From positions 1 to 59,940 of the forward strand of contig DGPZ01000089.1 in assembly GCA_002390675.1 (NCBI GenBank): a stretch of 59,940 nucleotides of DNA, in the 5' to 3' direction. Position numbers and translations under genes: made by a program. This document shows positions 20,425-30,586 of this stretch, piece after piece (position 1 is the first letter of the stretch; each line of letters begins with the position of its first letter). The DNA comes from Deltaproteobacteria bacterium UBA4427 (GTDB lineage: Bacteria > Myxococcota_A > UBA9160 > UBA4427). Below the pieces are notes generated by a model. The model did not search any database. It was not told the origin of the DNA and saw nothing but the letters and a program-made list of their open reading frames with translations.

Positions 20425-21669
20425 GTGACTCGCTTCACAATCATTAGCTCGGACTGCCACGCAGGTGCGTTGTTTGGAACCTACAACGAATATATGCCGA
20501 AGCAGTACCGCGAGATCGCGACTGCTTGGTGGATTCAGTATGCGCGTGAAATGATTGTCCGTCGTGGCACCTTCTTTGATCAAGAAGCGTCCGAAGCGTA
20601 CGACGAGAAAGCCGAAGGAGGCTCTGGCAAATTCAATACGGCCAAGATGCTGCCTGAGGATCTTACGGACGAAGTGATTCGGGATATGCTCGAGGATGGT
20701 GAAAGCGCATTCGCGCCTCGGCGTGGGGAGTGGGACGCGAAGGTTCGTCTTGAAGAACTCGAGGCCGACGGCGTTGTCGGCGAAGTGATCTTTCCGCAGA
20801 TGGTGCCCTTCGGTGCCTCGCTCTTGCAGTACCGAGGCGATGATCAGCCCGAGCTGAATCATGTGGGCAATCGGGCGTATAACCGGTGGCTTGCTGAACT
20901 CTGCAATTCGAACCCTGGGCGCCACGCAGGCGTCGCGATCATCAGCGTCCATGATATCGACGTCGCTGTTCAAGAAGTGCGTGACGCGAAAGCGGCTGGG
21001 CTTTGGGGCGGCGTGTTGTTGCCAGGGACGACGGGAGATCAGCCTTTCTATCACCACTCCCGCTATGAGCCGCTCTGGGCCGTTTGCGAAGAACTTGATA
21101 TGCCTCTGCAGGTGCATTCAAGTTGGTCCCCGGACTACGGTGATGAGCCCAGCGCGACGGCGATGTACATCAGCGAGGTGGACATGTTCGCGCATCGGCC
21201 GTTTTCGGCTCTGGTCTGGTCTGGCGCCCTTGAACGACACCCGGGGCTAAAGCTTGTCTTTACCGAGACCGGGTGCTCGTGGATTCTTGAGACGCTTCGG
21301 CTTCTCGAGTTCAAGTCTGCGGATCCCATTTTTAAGTACTTCAGTAAGGACCTGTCGCTCACGCCGACTGGCTACTTTGAGAGGCAGTGCTTTATCGGCG
21401 CGTCCTTTATGCCTGCCCACGAAGGGAAGGATCGGTATAAGATCGGCCTAGATAAGCTGATGTGGGGATCGGACTATCCGCATCTCGAGGGGACATGGCC
21501 CTTCACGATGGACAGCTTGCACGCGACGTTTGGCGACTACCCCGAAGAGGAAATCACAGCGCTGTTAGGCGGCAACGCAGCCAAGGTCTACGGCTTTGAC
21601 ATTGAGAATTTGCGCCAGATCGGCGACAGGGTTGGGCCGAGCTTGAAATCTATCCGACAGGCGAATTAA
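20425..21669 (+). CDS. Amidohydrolase_2 family protein
   Basis: ISSDCH, DGVVGEVIFP, YNRWLAE, LQVH, TETG, WGSDYPHLEGTWP. Confidence 0.9.
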   Translation: MTRFTIISSDCHAGALFGTYNEYMPKQYREIATAWWIQYAREMIVRRGTFFDQEASEAYDEKAEGGSGKFNTAKMLPEDLTDEVIRDMLEDGESAFAPRRGEWDAKVRLEELEADGVVGEVIFPQMVPFGASLLQYRGDDQPELNHVGNRAYNRWLAELCNSNPGRHAGVAIISVHDIDVAVQEVRDAKAAGLWGGVLLPGTTGDQPFYHHSRYEPLWAVCEELDMPLQVHSSWSPDYGDEPSATAMYISEVDMFAHRPFSALVWSGALERHPGLKLVFTETGCSWILETLRLLEFKSADPIFKYFSKDLSLTPTGYFERQCFIGASFMPAHEGKDRYKIGLDKLMWGSDYPHLEGTWPFTMDSLHATFGDYPEEEITALLGGNAAKVYGFDIENLRQIGDRVGPSLKSIRQAN

Positions 21670-21681
21670 GTAATTCACTGA

Positions 21682-21819
21682 GTGATTCCAGCAAACCACA
21701 CCTGGCGCTACGCGGCCCGGTATCTCTCGGAGCAGGGGTTCGCGCACAATTCTCTGGACAAACGAGGCGAGGGCTCCGAGGAGACATCTGTATGTGTCCA
21801 TGGTCGGTTCTATGAATAA
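21682..21819 (+). pseudogene. Short alpha/beta-hydrolase gene fragment
   Basis: TWRYAARYLSEQGFAHNSLDKRGEGS matches the AxxLAxxG...DKRGxGxS motif; only 45 codons. Confidence 0.35.
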
Positions 21820-22062
21820 CGATGTTATTTCAAGTGAGTAGCGGGCTTAATTCGTGAGGTTTGCCCCCGGGGCGCCGTTTGTCTTTTTGCCGAACGTGAG
21901 GCACGTTTGCCCAAGGCGTTGTGCCGAATCTTGCAGTTTTTATCAACGACCAGTTAGTGAAGACGCACTGAATAGAGGCACGCGAAGCGCTACCCCTTCG
22001 CTTCTGTGAGCTGCCCCGCTGGTTCGATTCCCCCCGCAAGCCTTTCTAGGCAAGGAATACGC

Positions 22063-22395
22063 ATGGCCGACTATCCTGAAAAGACCTGCACGATCGATCG
22101 CTTGGTCAAGCAGAAGAAACTTGTGGATGCGACGCTTGCGGGCGTCAAGACGGAACAGCGCCGAGACGGTGTCTACGCCTACCCAGGCGAATCTTTTCAG
22201 CTCGAGGAGCGTACCTTTGAAGTGGTGTCACTCACTCACGAACGACTCGGGGATATGACCGACGACCACGCTCGTGCCGAGGGGTTTCCTGATTTGGAGT
22301 CCTATCGTGCCTTGATTGTTCGAATGCATCGCGGAATGGAGTGGGACCCGGATCATTCAGTCTGGGTTCACCGCTTCCGTGAAGTGGCTGAGTAG
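22063..22395 (+). CDS. ASCH domain protein
   Basis: GVKTEQRR (GxKTxxxR), LGDMTDDHARAEGF, VWVHRF. Confidence 0.8.
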   Translation: MADYPEKTCTIDRLVKQKKLVDATLAGVKTEQRRDGVYAYPGESFQLEERTFEVVSLTHERLGDMTDDHARAEGFPDLESYRALIVRMHRGMEWDPDHSVWVHRFREVAE

Positions 22396-22428
22396 ATTGC
22401 GATAGCGCCTGCGGGCCAGGAGACTTCG

Positions 22429-23658
22429 ATGAGCTCTATGAATCGTCCTATATTACCGGTGGCCTTGTTGTCGGGCCTTTTCGTTTTCCTGCTTCAGTCC
22501 TCAGTGCAAGCAGTCACGATCGGTGGGACACCCTCGGAAGGGGACGAAGATGCGAGCGGGCTGACCGCCATGTTCGCCGGAGATCGGTTCGAGAATTTCC
22601 GAAACATGGACCGGTTCGTGCCAATTTCGACAATGCCCGCTTCGCCAAATCCTTGGAGACTGGGCGAGAATCTCAACTCTCTTGAGTACGAAGGTGAGTT
22701 TCACGGGAAGGGCGTAGCGCTTCAGGAATTTATTGCGCTCTCTGATACGTCGGCTTTTGTTGTCATCAAGAAGGGCAAGGTCATTTTCGAGCACTATGCG
22801 CATGGCGACAGCCGTGAGTCGCTGCACACGTCGTTCTCTGTTGCCAAGTCCTTCACTTCAGCACTCGTTGGGATCGCCCTAGGCGAAGGGAAAATCTCTA
22901 GCCTTAGTGACCCCATTCGGGAATATCTTCCAGAACTCACGAATAAGAGCTTCGATGGCGTCACTATTAGGCACATTCTGCAGATGTCATCAGGCTTGCG
23001 CTTCAACGAGAACTACACGGATCCTAAGTCGGACATCAATAAGATGGTGGGGATGGTGCCGCCCATGACCTATCTCGAGTACATCAACACGCTCGAACGT
23101 GAGCATGAGCCCGGGACGTACAATCACTATGCGAGCATAAACACTCAGCTTCTCGGCATTCTCCTAAGTCGCGTGACTGGCGAATCGATCACTGACTACA
23201 TGACCCGGAAACTCTGGCATCCAGTGGGGATGGAGCAGAAAGGGCTATGGACGCTCGATCCCACTGGCAATGAACTCACTATGGGCGGTCTAGCGGCCTC
23301 TGCCCGTGACTATGCGCGGCTAGGGCTTCTGTATCTCAACGGCGGAAAACGAGGAGACCGCGTCGTGCTGCCTCCAGGATGGGCGAAGGAATCGGTCACC
23401 CCGAACGAGCCACATCTTATGCCCGGAGAAAATTCTGGCTCCTCGAATACGTCTGGTTACATGTATCAGTGGTGGACGCCAAGAGAGTGGGACGGCGATT
23501 TTCTCGCTCGCGGAATCTGGGGCCAATCCATCTACGTGCACCCGGGAAACCAGGTAGTCATCGTTAAGCTCGCCGCAGATCAAAAGAATTTTGATACACG
23601 CTTCAAGCTCGGCTACCTCGACTACGTCCAGAAGCTAGGGCAGTCGCTCGTAGACTAA
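22429..23658 (+). CDS. Secreted serine hydrolase (beta-lactamase class C / NylB-like)
   Basis: Signal peptide, SFSVAKS (SxxK), LQMSSG, YASINT, ARDYARLG, GIWGQ. Confidence 0.88.
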   Translation: MSSMNRPILPVALLSGLFVFLLQSSVQAVTIGGTPSEGDEDASGLTAMFAGDRFENFRNMDRFVPISTMPASPNPWRLGENLNSLEYEGEFHGKGVALQEFIALSDTSAFVVIKKGKVIFEHYAHGDSRESLHTSFSVAKSFTSALVGIALGEGKISSLSDPIREYLPELTNKSFDGVTIRHILQMSSGLRFNENYTDPKSDINKMVGMVPPMTYLEYINTLEREHEPGTYNHYASINTQLLGILLSRVTGESITDYMTRKLWHPVGMEQKGLWTLDPTGNELTMGGLAASARDYARLGLLYLNGGKRGDRVVLPPGWAKESVTPNEPHLMPGENSGSSNTSGYMYQWWTPREWDGDFLARGIWGQSIYVHPGNQVVIVKLAADQKNFDTRFKLGYLDYVQKLGQSLVD

Positions 23659-23802
23659 CAGTCGAACCCCGAGAGCGACCGAGTGCAGAGACTTTCGTCC
23701 CAAGAACTCGAGAAGTCCTAGGCCCTCGCTGTGGATTTCTCGCGAGCGGCGCATCCCGACGAGCGCTGACGAGAGCTACCGAGGAAACGATTTTGTTGGC
23801 AG

Positions 23803-25047
23803 CTACGCTGTCGCAGGACTGTCTTGCGTACGGATCACCCGAAGTGGGATCAAGAGTAGCAATGCAAGAAGCAGCGCTCCCAAAAAGCCTTGGAAGGCCG
23901 GTACATAACTCCCTGTGGTGTCACGGAGATATCCGGCGATCGGGAATGCCGGTGCGGCCATGAGTGAAATAACTGGTGACATAAGTCCCATAGCACGGCC
24001 GAAGTTCTCTACTCCGAAGACGGCTGGTACCATGGCATTCCAGACCGGCATGATTCCGCCAGCGGCAAGGCCCATTGATATGGCCCCCGCCAACATCATT
24101 GAATAGTTCTGCTCGAGTGAGAAGAGCACCAATGTGAGGGCCGTTAAGCTAATCGAAGTCGCGAGTCCTAGCTTGAGCGGAGCGCGGTCGGCCATATAGC
24201 CAAAGCCTAGCTTGCCAGCGATTCCAGCTACTGCCAGAACGCTTACAAGGCGCCCAATTTGGTCAACCTCGAGACCTAGGTCCGCGCCGTGCTGCCCAAG
24301 ATTCGCAAGAGTGGCTGCGTAGACGGAGAGAAAAAGCCCAAGGCAAAGACTGAGGTACCAAAATGCAGGACGTCGGAGGACGTCCTTGGTGGTAGCAAGG
24401 GCCGGACTACCTTCTTGGTCTTGGGGATGCGGCGGCCCGGCGGGATCACTTGCGAGCGGTTCTGCATGCAGCCCGGCATCAGAGGGGTTGTCCCAGAAAC
24501 AAAAGAGAAGCATAGGCATGCCTATTACGGCCATTCCCGCCGCAACAATTTGTAATGTGGTTCGCCAGCCTAAGTCCGGAAGGGCACTTGCGATCAGGAT
24601 CGGGAGGACGATCCCGCCCACAGATGTTCCAATGGCCGCAACACCGAGAGCGCGTCCACGTGAAACGGTGAACCATCTAGAAACTACAGCAGACCCCGTC
24701 ATAGGGCCGAGAAGAGTCTGCGCTATCCCGAATAGTAGAGACCCGACTAGTAAAATCTGAAAAATGGTCTGGGAAAAAGAAAGGCCGATCAACGCGAGGA
24801 TAAAGGCCGCGCCTCCTATCAGCATTAGTGCCTTCGCAGACCAGCGGTCTACCAAAGGGCCCGCGACCGGAGCGATAAAGAGGCCTACTAAGCTTGCCAG
24901 GCTCGGCAGGTAGTTGATCGTTGTAAGGTCAGTATCAAAAGCTTCAACGAGCGTGTCGAATAGCAGTGGGAGGCTGTAGACAAAGAACCCGGTGGCGAAG
25001 AACTGGACCGAAAAATGGGTTCCGACAACCCACCAACCCTTAAACAT
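23803..25047 (-). CDS. MFS transporter (OFA/MCT-like)
   Basis: About 12 TM helices, GPLVDRWSAK, VSRWFTVSRGRALG, GYMADR. Confidence 0.88.
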   Translation of the reverse strand: MFKGWWVVGTHFSVQFFATGFFVYSLPLLFDTLVEAFDTDLTTINYLPSLASLVGLFIAPVAGPLVDRWSAKALMLIGGAAFILALIGLSFSQTIFQILLVGSLLFGIAQTLLGPMTGSAVVSRWFTVSRGRALGVAAIGTSVGGIVLPILIASALPDLGWRTTLQIVAAGMAVIGMPMLLFCFWDNPSDAGLHAEPLASDPAGPPHPQDQEGSPALATTKDVLRRPAFWYLSLCLGLFLSVYAATLANLGQHGADLGLEVDQIGRLVSVLAVAGIAGKLGFGYMADRAPLKLGLATSISLTALTLVLFSLEQNYSMMLAGAISMGLAAGGIMPVWNAMVPAVFGVENFGRAMGLMSPVISLMAAPAFPIAGYLRDTTGSYVPAFQGFLGALLLALLLLIPLRVIRTQDSPATA

Positions 25048-25354
25048 GCGAAGGTGCTCCTCTAGTGATCTAGTAAGCAATTAGTTCAGAGTGATCTATT
25101 CAGATTCAGTAAAGCGCCGTGTTAAAGGAAGCGCATTTGCTAGACGATCGAGACTAGCTCTTAGGCCGTGTTGGGGCTTGTTCTCTGATTCGATAAAAAT
25201 TTGGAATTTTTTGTTGACGTGACGACCGAATTGAACACCTCAACATGAAATTTTATCAGAGCAGGCATCAGTCGGAGGGGGCTACATTCTAGTCCGCACC
25301 CGGGGACGTGGAGTCTCGAACGCTCGACCCTAAATAGAGTAGGTCGTTCGACAC

Positions 25355-25744
25355 TTAGCGCGAGATTATGCTCGGAGCCCCTGGCGTACGAAGCATCGGG
25401 TTGCAGTTCTTAAATGTCACTTTGCCCTGAAGCAGATTGCCCTTTGAGTATTCATTGAAGTGACAGGTATTGGTGGCGGGTTCGTAATTTTCCACCCAGA
25501 GATTGTCTTCCTTCCACGTGGCTGCGAGGTGAACGTGGCCGTCGGGCACGGTGATCGTCATAACGCCGCCCCAGCGCTTGACAAAGATCTGCTGAAAGTG
25601 GAAGTAGTAAGCGGCCCAACCCATGAGAAGGGCAGTGATCGCGAGCGCAGTCGCGGTTCGCCATCGACTCATTGCAACACCCATAATTCCGAGTGAAAGA
25701 ATCACCAACGCGATAACCGCGGCCCAATAGAAATACGTGATCAT
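25355..25744 (-). CDS. Hypothetical membrane protein
   Basis: Two N-terminal TM helices plus soluble domain KRWGGVMTITVPDG...TWKEDNLW; AAGGGG RBS. Confidence 0.7.
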   Translation of the reverse strand: MITYFYWAAVIALVILSLGIMGVAMSRWRTATALAITALLMGWAAYYFHFQQIFVKRWGGVMTITVPDGHVHLAATWKEDNLWVENYEPATNTCHFNEYSKGNLLQGKVTFKNCNPMLRTPGAPSIISR

Positions 25745-25987
25745 GATCGGATCCCCTTCGATAAAAAATATGATCTGAGGCGTACTGCCAACGTGTGCAG
25801 CTAACGACTAATGCCACGAGTGATCAACGTGCCCCACTACTGCGGCGTTTCACCACCGAAGCTTTTCATGAACACAGCTTCTTATGACCATCGGCATGGC
25901 AGTGAGGAAACGCGCGATACTTCGCAGCATGCTGGCCCTGTTAGCTCTTATGCTGTTTGCAGAAGAGGGCTTCGTACAGGAGGTAAT

Positions 25988-26932
25988 TCATATAGCGGAC
26001 CCTGAGTAGCCCGGATAAAACTGCGTGCACCACCTTCGATAATCGGCGATCGGCCCATCGCCATCGCATAACATAGGGGCCTTCAGGTATCGCTTGTGCT
26101 CCCAGATCGGGATATCCTCCGCCACCTGCTTATCGAGGTCTTTACAGATGGCTTTAGCGATCCCGTGATTCTCAGAGCCGCGGGGCTGCAGGAAGACAAC
26201 AGATAAAATCGTTGTCTCGTCGTCGACGGGCAGCATGCAGTTCATGCTTATGGTTTCGCAAATTCCCGTAAAATGGGTGTAGCCGAAGCCGAGGCCGAAG
26301 CTGTGCACCTCGATGACACTACGTGCTCGTCCTTTGGATGTTTCCAGTTCGGTGATCTGTGTAGCATGACGGTGGGCGCCGTTGCTGCTGGCGTTAGAGG
26401 GCGGGGCGGCGGCAGAGCCATGAACAGTTGGGAAATGTGCGCTGTCTGCGCCGTTCTCGCCCATTTCCTGAATCTGGCTGCGTATGCGCCAAGTCTTGTT
26501 AAATGTCTCGACCCACTCTGGAGAGTCGAACTGGGTAAGTATGGGGATCTCGAAGAACGGTGGGCGTTCATCCGGGTCGTACCAGGCCCACACGAAGCCG
26601 TTGCGCTCAATCGTTGGGTACGACGTCAGCTTTGCCCCTTGTGGAATTCGCGTCGCGTAGGGGATCTCGAGGCATTTCCCCTCTTCCCCGAATCGCCAGC
26701 CATGAAATGGGCATCGGATGAGTTCACCAACGACCTCTCCGCCCACTCCCAAATGCGCGCCTAGGTGCGGGCAATAGGCGTCGACAATCTGCGCTTTGCC
26801 GGACTCCGTTCGGTAAACCACGACTTCGCGCCCGAAACATTCGAGTCTGCGCACCTCGCTGGAAGCGAGATTGGGTCCCGCCACTACTGGGAACCAGCCT
26901 GAGGGAATCGGAAACGGGAACTCGACGGACAC
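25988..26932 (-). CDS. Rieske non-haem iron oxygenase (KshA/cholesterol 7-desaturase-like)
   Basis: CPHLGAHL...CPFHGW Rieske motif, ENGADSAHFPTVH, DIPIWEHK...LCDGDGPI..YRRW. Confidence 0.85.
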   Translation of the reverse strand: MSVEFPFPIPSGWFPVVAGPNLASSEVRRLECFGREVVVYRTESGKAQIVDAYCPHLGAHLGVGGEVVGELIRCPFHGWRFGEEGKCLEIPYATRIPQGAKLTSYPTIERNGFVWAWYDPDERPPFFEIPILTQFDSPEWVETFNKTWRIRSQIQEMGENGADSAHFPTVHGSAAAPPSNASSNGAHRHATQITELETSKGRARSVIEVHSFGLGFGYTHFTGICETISMNCMLPVDDETTILSVVFLQPRGSENHGIAKAICKDLDKQVAEDIPIWEHKRYLKAPMLCDGDGPIADYRRWCTQFYPGYSGSAI

Positions 26933-27055
26933 GAAGATTCCTCTTTTGGGGAACTTGAACTGAACTATACCTTGGCGGCGGCTTCAACTCCCCTAAGAGC
27001 GCATCGCCTTTCGTGGAGTCTCGCCAATCAACTCAGCGCCCGTCACGGAGATTCT

Positions 27056-27565
27056 ATGACTCTTTCAATGCATACCAGCAGTGCCCCGACGTTTTTACGA
27101 ACTCTCACGGCGATGTCGTCGTGGTTGCAAGCGGCGGAGGCTCATGCGAGCGCAAGGAACTTCGACGCAGATCAATTCGTAGACTTTCAACTCACACCCG
27201 ACATGAAGCCGCTTTCGTTTCAGGTTCAGGCCGCGTGTGATTCCGCGAAGTTGTGTGTCGCCCGTCTTGCGGGTACGAACGCGCCGTCTTGGGCGGACGA
27301 CGAGTCTACGATCGGAGACCTTCTGAGTCGAGTCGCGAAAACGATCGAGTATGTGAATTCGGTTTCCGCTGACCAAGTCGACGGCTCCGAGGAGCGGGTC
27401 ATCGAGATGCAGGCGGGACCTGACCGAACGTTCACGTTCACGGGAGAAGACTATCTGAGAGGTTTCGCACTCCCTAACTTCTTCTTCCACGCGACAATGG
27501 CGTATGCACTTCTGCGACAGGGCGGCGTGCCCATTGGAAAGATGGAATTCCTCGGGGCTCCGTGA
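27056..27565 (+). CDS. DUF1993 family protein
   Basis: LTPDMKPLSFQVQAACD, LPNFFFHATMAYALLR.GGVPIGK.EFLG. Confidence 0.9.
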   Translation: MTLSMHTSSAPTFLRTLTAMSSWLQAAEAHASARNFDADQFVDFQLTPDMKPLSFQVQAACDSAKLCVARLAGTNAPSWADDESTIGDLLSRVAKTIEYVNSVSADQVDGSEERVIEMQAGPDRTFTFTGEDYLRGFALPNFFFHATMAYALLRQGGVPIGKMEFLGAP

Positions 27566-27616
27566 CGTAAACCGTGCTCTCTGCGTCCGGGCGGGGCTCC
27601 CCCGTGGCGCGGAGTG

Positions 27617-29071
27617 TTATTTCAGCGGTAGACGCGAACGGATTTCGAGCGCGCGACGAATTTCATCGTGACGCGTCTTGTCGATGTTGTAACGCCGATA
27701 GAACACAATCGAAATAAGTCCGGGCAATAGCGTGAGTGGCCCTGCAATAATTCCAAATTGGTAGACCGTCTCAGGATCGATTTCCCCAGGCTTCGCACCC
27801 GTCGGGAAGGCGATGAGGTCCATTGCGATCCCCGCAAGAAGATGGCCGAGCCCGGTCGTGAGTTTGCCAAAGAAGGAGCGGGCGGCGAAGAAGATTCCTT
27901 CTTGGCGCCTTCCCGACATGAGTTCGTGTTCGTCGGTTACGTCTGCAAGGGTAGACGCGATGCTGATGACCATGATGGCGCTCATGCAATACGACATGCC
28001 TTTAAATAGACATAAGATCGGAAAAATCCAATCAGAACCGTTCTCGGGGAATAGCCCGATCAGTCTCAGAATGATCGGGATGCCCACGGAACCAGACATT
28101 CCGAGAATGCCCGCGATCAGAGCGTCGCGTTTGCTCCATCGCGTGTGAATCCGAGGCGTGAAGAAGCTCGCAATCGTCAGCCCGATGGGAGCACCAATTA
28201 TCATGTAACGCATCTGGTTCGGCGGTAGCTCCCAAAAGAAGATACCAAGATGAGAACTCAAGGTTTCGTGCAAGCCTAATGTCGCCGATAGAAAAAAGAT
28301 GCCGAAGACGAGAGTCCGGTAATTTTCATTATTCAGGCATTCACCGATTTCGAACCGTAGCTGGCTTGCATTAAATGTGGGGAGGTCATCTGGGGGCTGC
28401 GATAGTTTCGGAATTTGGTCTCGAGTGAAATAGGCGGAGAATAATATGACGAAGATCGTCAACACGCCGACGGCGGCGGCGATCGTGACGTATCCATCCT
28501 TGTTGTTTTGGCCACCCTCAATCGTTCCGAGATAGCTCCACGCCAAAAAAGTCACGGCGAAGTTTCCAACGAGTCCGAAGATGGTGTTGAAACTCATCAA
28601 CACCGATCGCTCTCGGTAGTCCGCGGTCATTTCCGCGCCCAAAGCAAGGTGGGGCACCTGATAAAAGGTTTGGGCGGTGCGGAGCAGGATCGTGAACGTT
28701 GTAAACCACGCAAAGAGCTGAATGCTACCGAGGCCTTCGGGCGGCGAATAGATCGCGTAGAAGAAGAGTGCCATCGGGATTGGCGCAGCGTATAGAAAAG
28801 GATGGCGCCGCCCTAATTTAGATCGCCACCGATCTGAAATCGATCCAACGAGTGGATCCGATAGCGCATCAAATACGAGTGCGATCGTAACGGCTAACCC
28901 GCAAAGCGTTCCCGAGAGCCCGAGAACGTTGTTGTAGAAAAGAAAGTTGAAGGCATTGAAGGCAGCGGTGATTCCTGATTCTGCTGTCGCTCCAACGCCG
29001 TAGGCTGCCCGGGTGCGGAGAGGCAGGGCTGACTTCGCGGCGGACACACTTTCAATATCACTGTTAGACAT
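27617..29071 (-). CDS. MFS transporter, GPH/MelB (glycoside-pentoside-hexuronide:cation) family
   Basis: DALSDPLVGSISD, RSKLGRRHPF, VPHLALGAEMT.DY.ER, GRRQEGIFFA. Confidence 0.88.
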   Translation of the reverse strand: MSNSDIESVSAAKSALPLRTRAAYGVGATAESGITAAFNAFNFLFYNNVLGLSGTLCGLAVTIALVFDALSDPLVGSISDRWRSKLGRRHPFLYAAPIPMALFFYAIYSPPEGLGSIQLFAWFTTFTILLRTAQTFYQVPHLALGAEMTADYRERSVLMSFNTIFGLVGNFAVTFLAWSYLGTIEGGQNNKDGYVTIAAAVGVLTIFVILFSAYFTRDQIPKLSQPPDDLPTFNASQLRFEIGECLNNENYRTLVFGIFFLSATLGLHETLSSHLGIFFWELPPNQMRYMIIGAPIGLTIASFFTPRIHTRWSKRDALIAGILGMSGSVGIPIILRLIGLFPENGSDWIFPILCLFKGMSYCMSAIMVISIASTLADVTDEHELMSGRRQEGIFFAARSFFGKLTTGLGHLLAGIAMDLIAFPTGAKPGEIDPETVYQFGIIAGPLTLLPGLISIVFYRRYNIDKTRHDEIRRALEIRSRLPLK

Positions 29072-29282
29072 TGCTTGGTTTCGCAGGGCATTTCATTGTC
29101 GCTACTTAATTCCTAGCAAGCCTAATGAAGGTAGATAATATCGAAGGCCCGCTCGCGGGCATCGTGCGCACCTGTTATCGCCAGACTTTTATGACCGAGA
29201 GAATCTGGTCTAGTTCGAGCCAAACACACTCTTAGGGACTCTCTCTGCAGACGGTTGGCGTCCGACGTCATCTGCTTGACCC

Positions 29283-30047
29283 TTAGTGATTCCACCACGC
29301 GCGGTCCGAGAAGGCGCGCAGGTCGATTTCATGAGTCCAAGCAGAACGATGCTGTTGGGATAAGTGGAAATAGGTCTTCGCGATTTCGGCCGGTACAAGT
29401 AGGCCATCATTATCCAGACCACGGGTCTCTCGGAGCTGTTGAAAGCGCTCAGGCCCGAGCATTTTGCCTAATGTATCCGGCGCATCCACAGCGCCATCTA
29501 TCAGAATATGGGCGACATGAATGCCCTTAGGCGAAAATTCCGCGTTGAGCGTCTGGCAAAGCATACGACGGCCGCCCATTGCTGCCGCGTGGGAATGCTG
29601 GCCGGCATTGCCGCGCACGGCGGCGGTTGCGGAGGTGACGAGTAACGTACCTCTCCCGCGCTTTTCCATGTGGGGAAAGACTGAAGAGGCTACCCGGAAA
29701 AGCGCAAAAGTCGCGAGACGCCAGCCAAGTTCGAATGCCTTGTAGCTTGTGTCGGCGAGCTCTCGCGAGCCGATCTGTGCACCGAGATTGAAGACCACGA
29801 CTTCGATGGATCCTATCTCAGCCTCGACTTCGGCGATTCTATCCTCAAGAGCGTCGGGATCACTCGCATCCAGAAGGAATCCCGATGCTGAGCCGCCCGC
29901 GTCTTCTATCTCTCCAACAAGTTTCCTGAGGCCGTCCTCATCACTCCTGCGACACAGTACTGCGTTATACCCCTGACTCGCAAAGTGCTTTCCAACGTGC
30001 CCGCCGATTCCAGCTCCGGCGCCGATCACCAAACATACGGGTTTCAT
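29283..30047 (-). CDS. SDR family oxidoreductase
   Basis: VIGAGAGIG, TSATAAVRG, GIHVAHILIDG, SAWTHEIDLR. Confidence 0.88.
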   Translation of the reverse strand: MKPVCLVIGAGAGIGGHVGKHFASQGYNAVLCRRSDEDGLRKLVGEIEDAGGSASGFLLDASDPDALEDRIAEVEAEIGSIEVVVFNLGAQIGSRELADTSYKAFELGWRLATFALFRVASSVFPHMEKRGRGTLLVTSATAAVRGNAGQHSHAAAMGGRRMLCQTLNAEFSPKGIHVAHILIDGAVDAPDTLGKMLGPERFQQLRETRGLDNDGLLVPAEIAKTYFHLSQQHRSAWTHEIDLRAFSDRAWWNH

Positions 30048-30586
30048 TTTGAGCCACTCCATGATGCAATGGGAACGCTTCTGGCAAGCGGCGATTCTAG
30101 CATCCGTCGCACTCACTTTCCCTGAGTCTTTTTTTACCGGTGCTAGTCAGCTTGATCCGCGACCGAGATGGCCGTCGTGTATTCGAGTTCCTCCATATCA
30201 AAGCTTGAAGCCGCGCCGGAGGCTCCCCCTAGCCAGATAAGCCGTGTGGACGCCATCGTGGGCGGCAACAACTCGCACGAGGACTTTCAGCGTGTAGTAG
30301 AAGTAGGACTCAACGACTTCCGCGCTAGCCCGAACGCTCTCGCTCAAACGACCGAGCGAGTCGTGTTTATGCTGATTTACGAACCCAGGCGTGTTGGCGC
30401 GTTGGAGCGTTGGAGCTGATGCCGCTTCGGGTCACGTCCTTATGCCACGACTCCTAACGTGTATTACCAGAGACGCGATCCGGCGATCGAACGAAAGTCT
30501 GAGTGCTCGAAACAAGGGGAAGGAAACACATCCCGGGGAATCCGCGTATGAGAGCCCCTGAGCCCTGAGGCGCTGAGCGGCGCCTA

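Noticed and set aside
22015-22040. GGTTCGATTCCC, resembling a tRNA T-loop
   Set aside because: The T-stem does not pair (GCTGG versus CCCCC), and no acceptor, D or anticodon arms are evident
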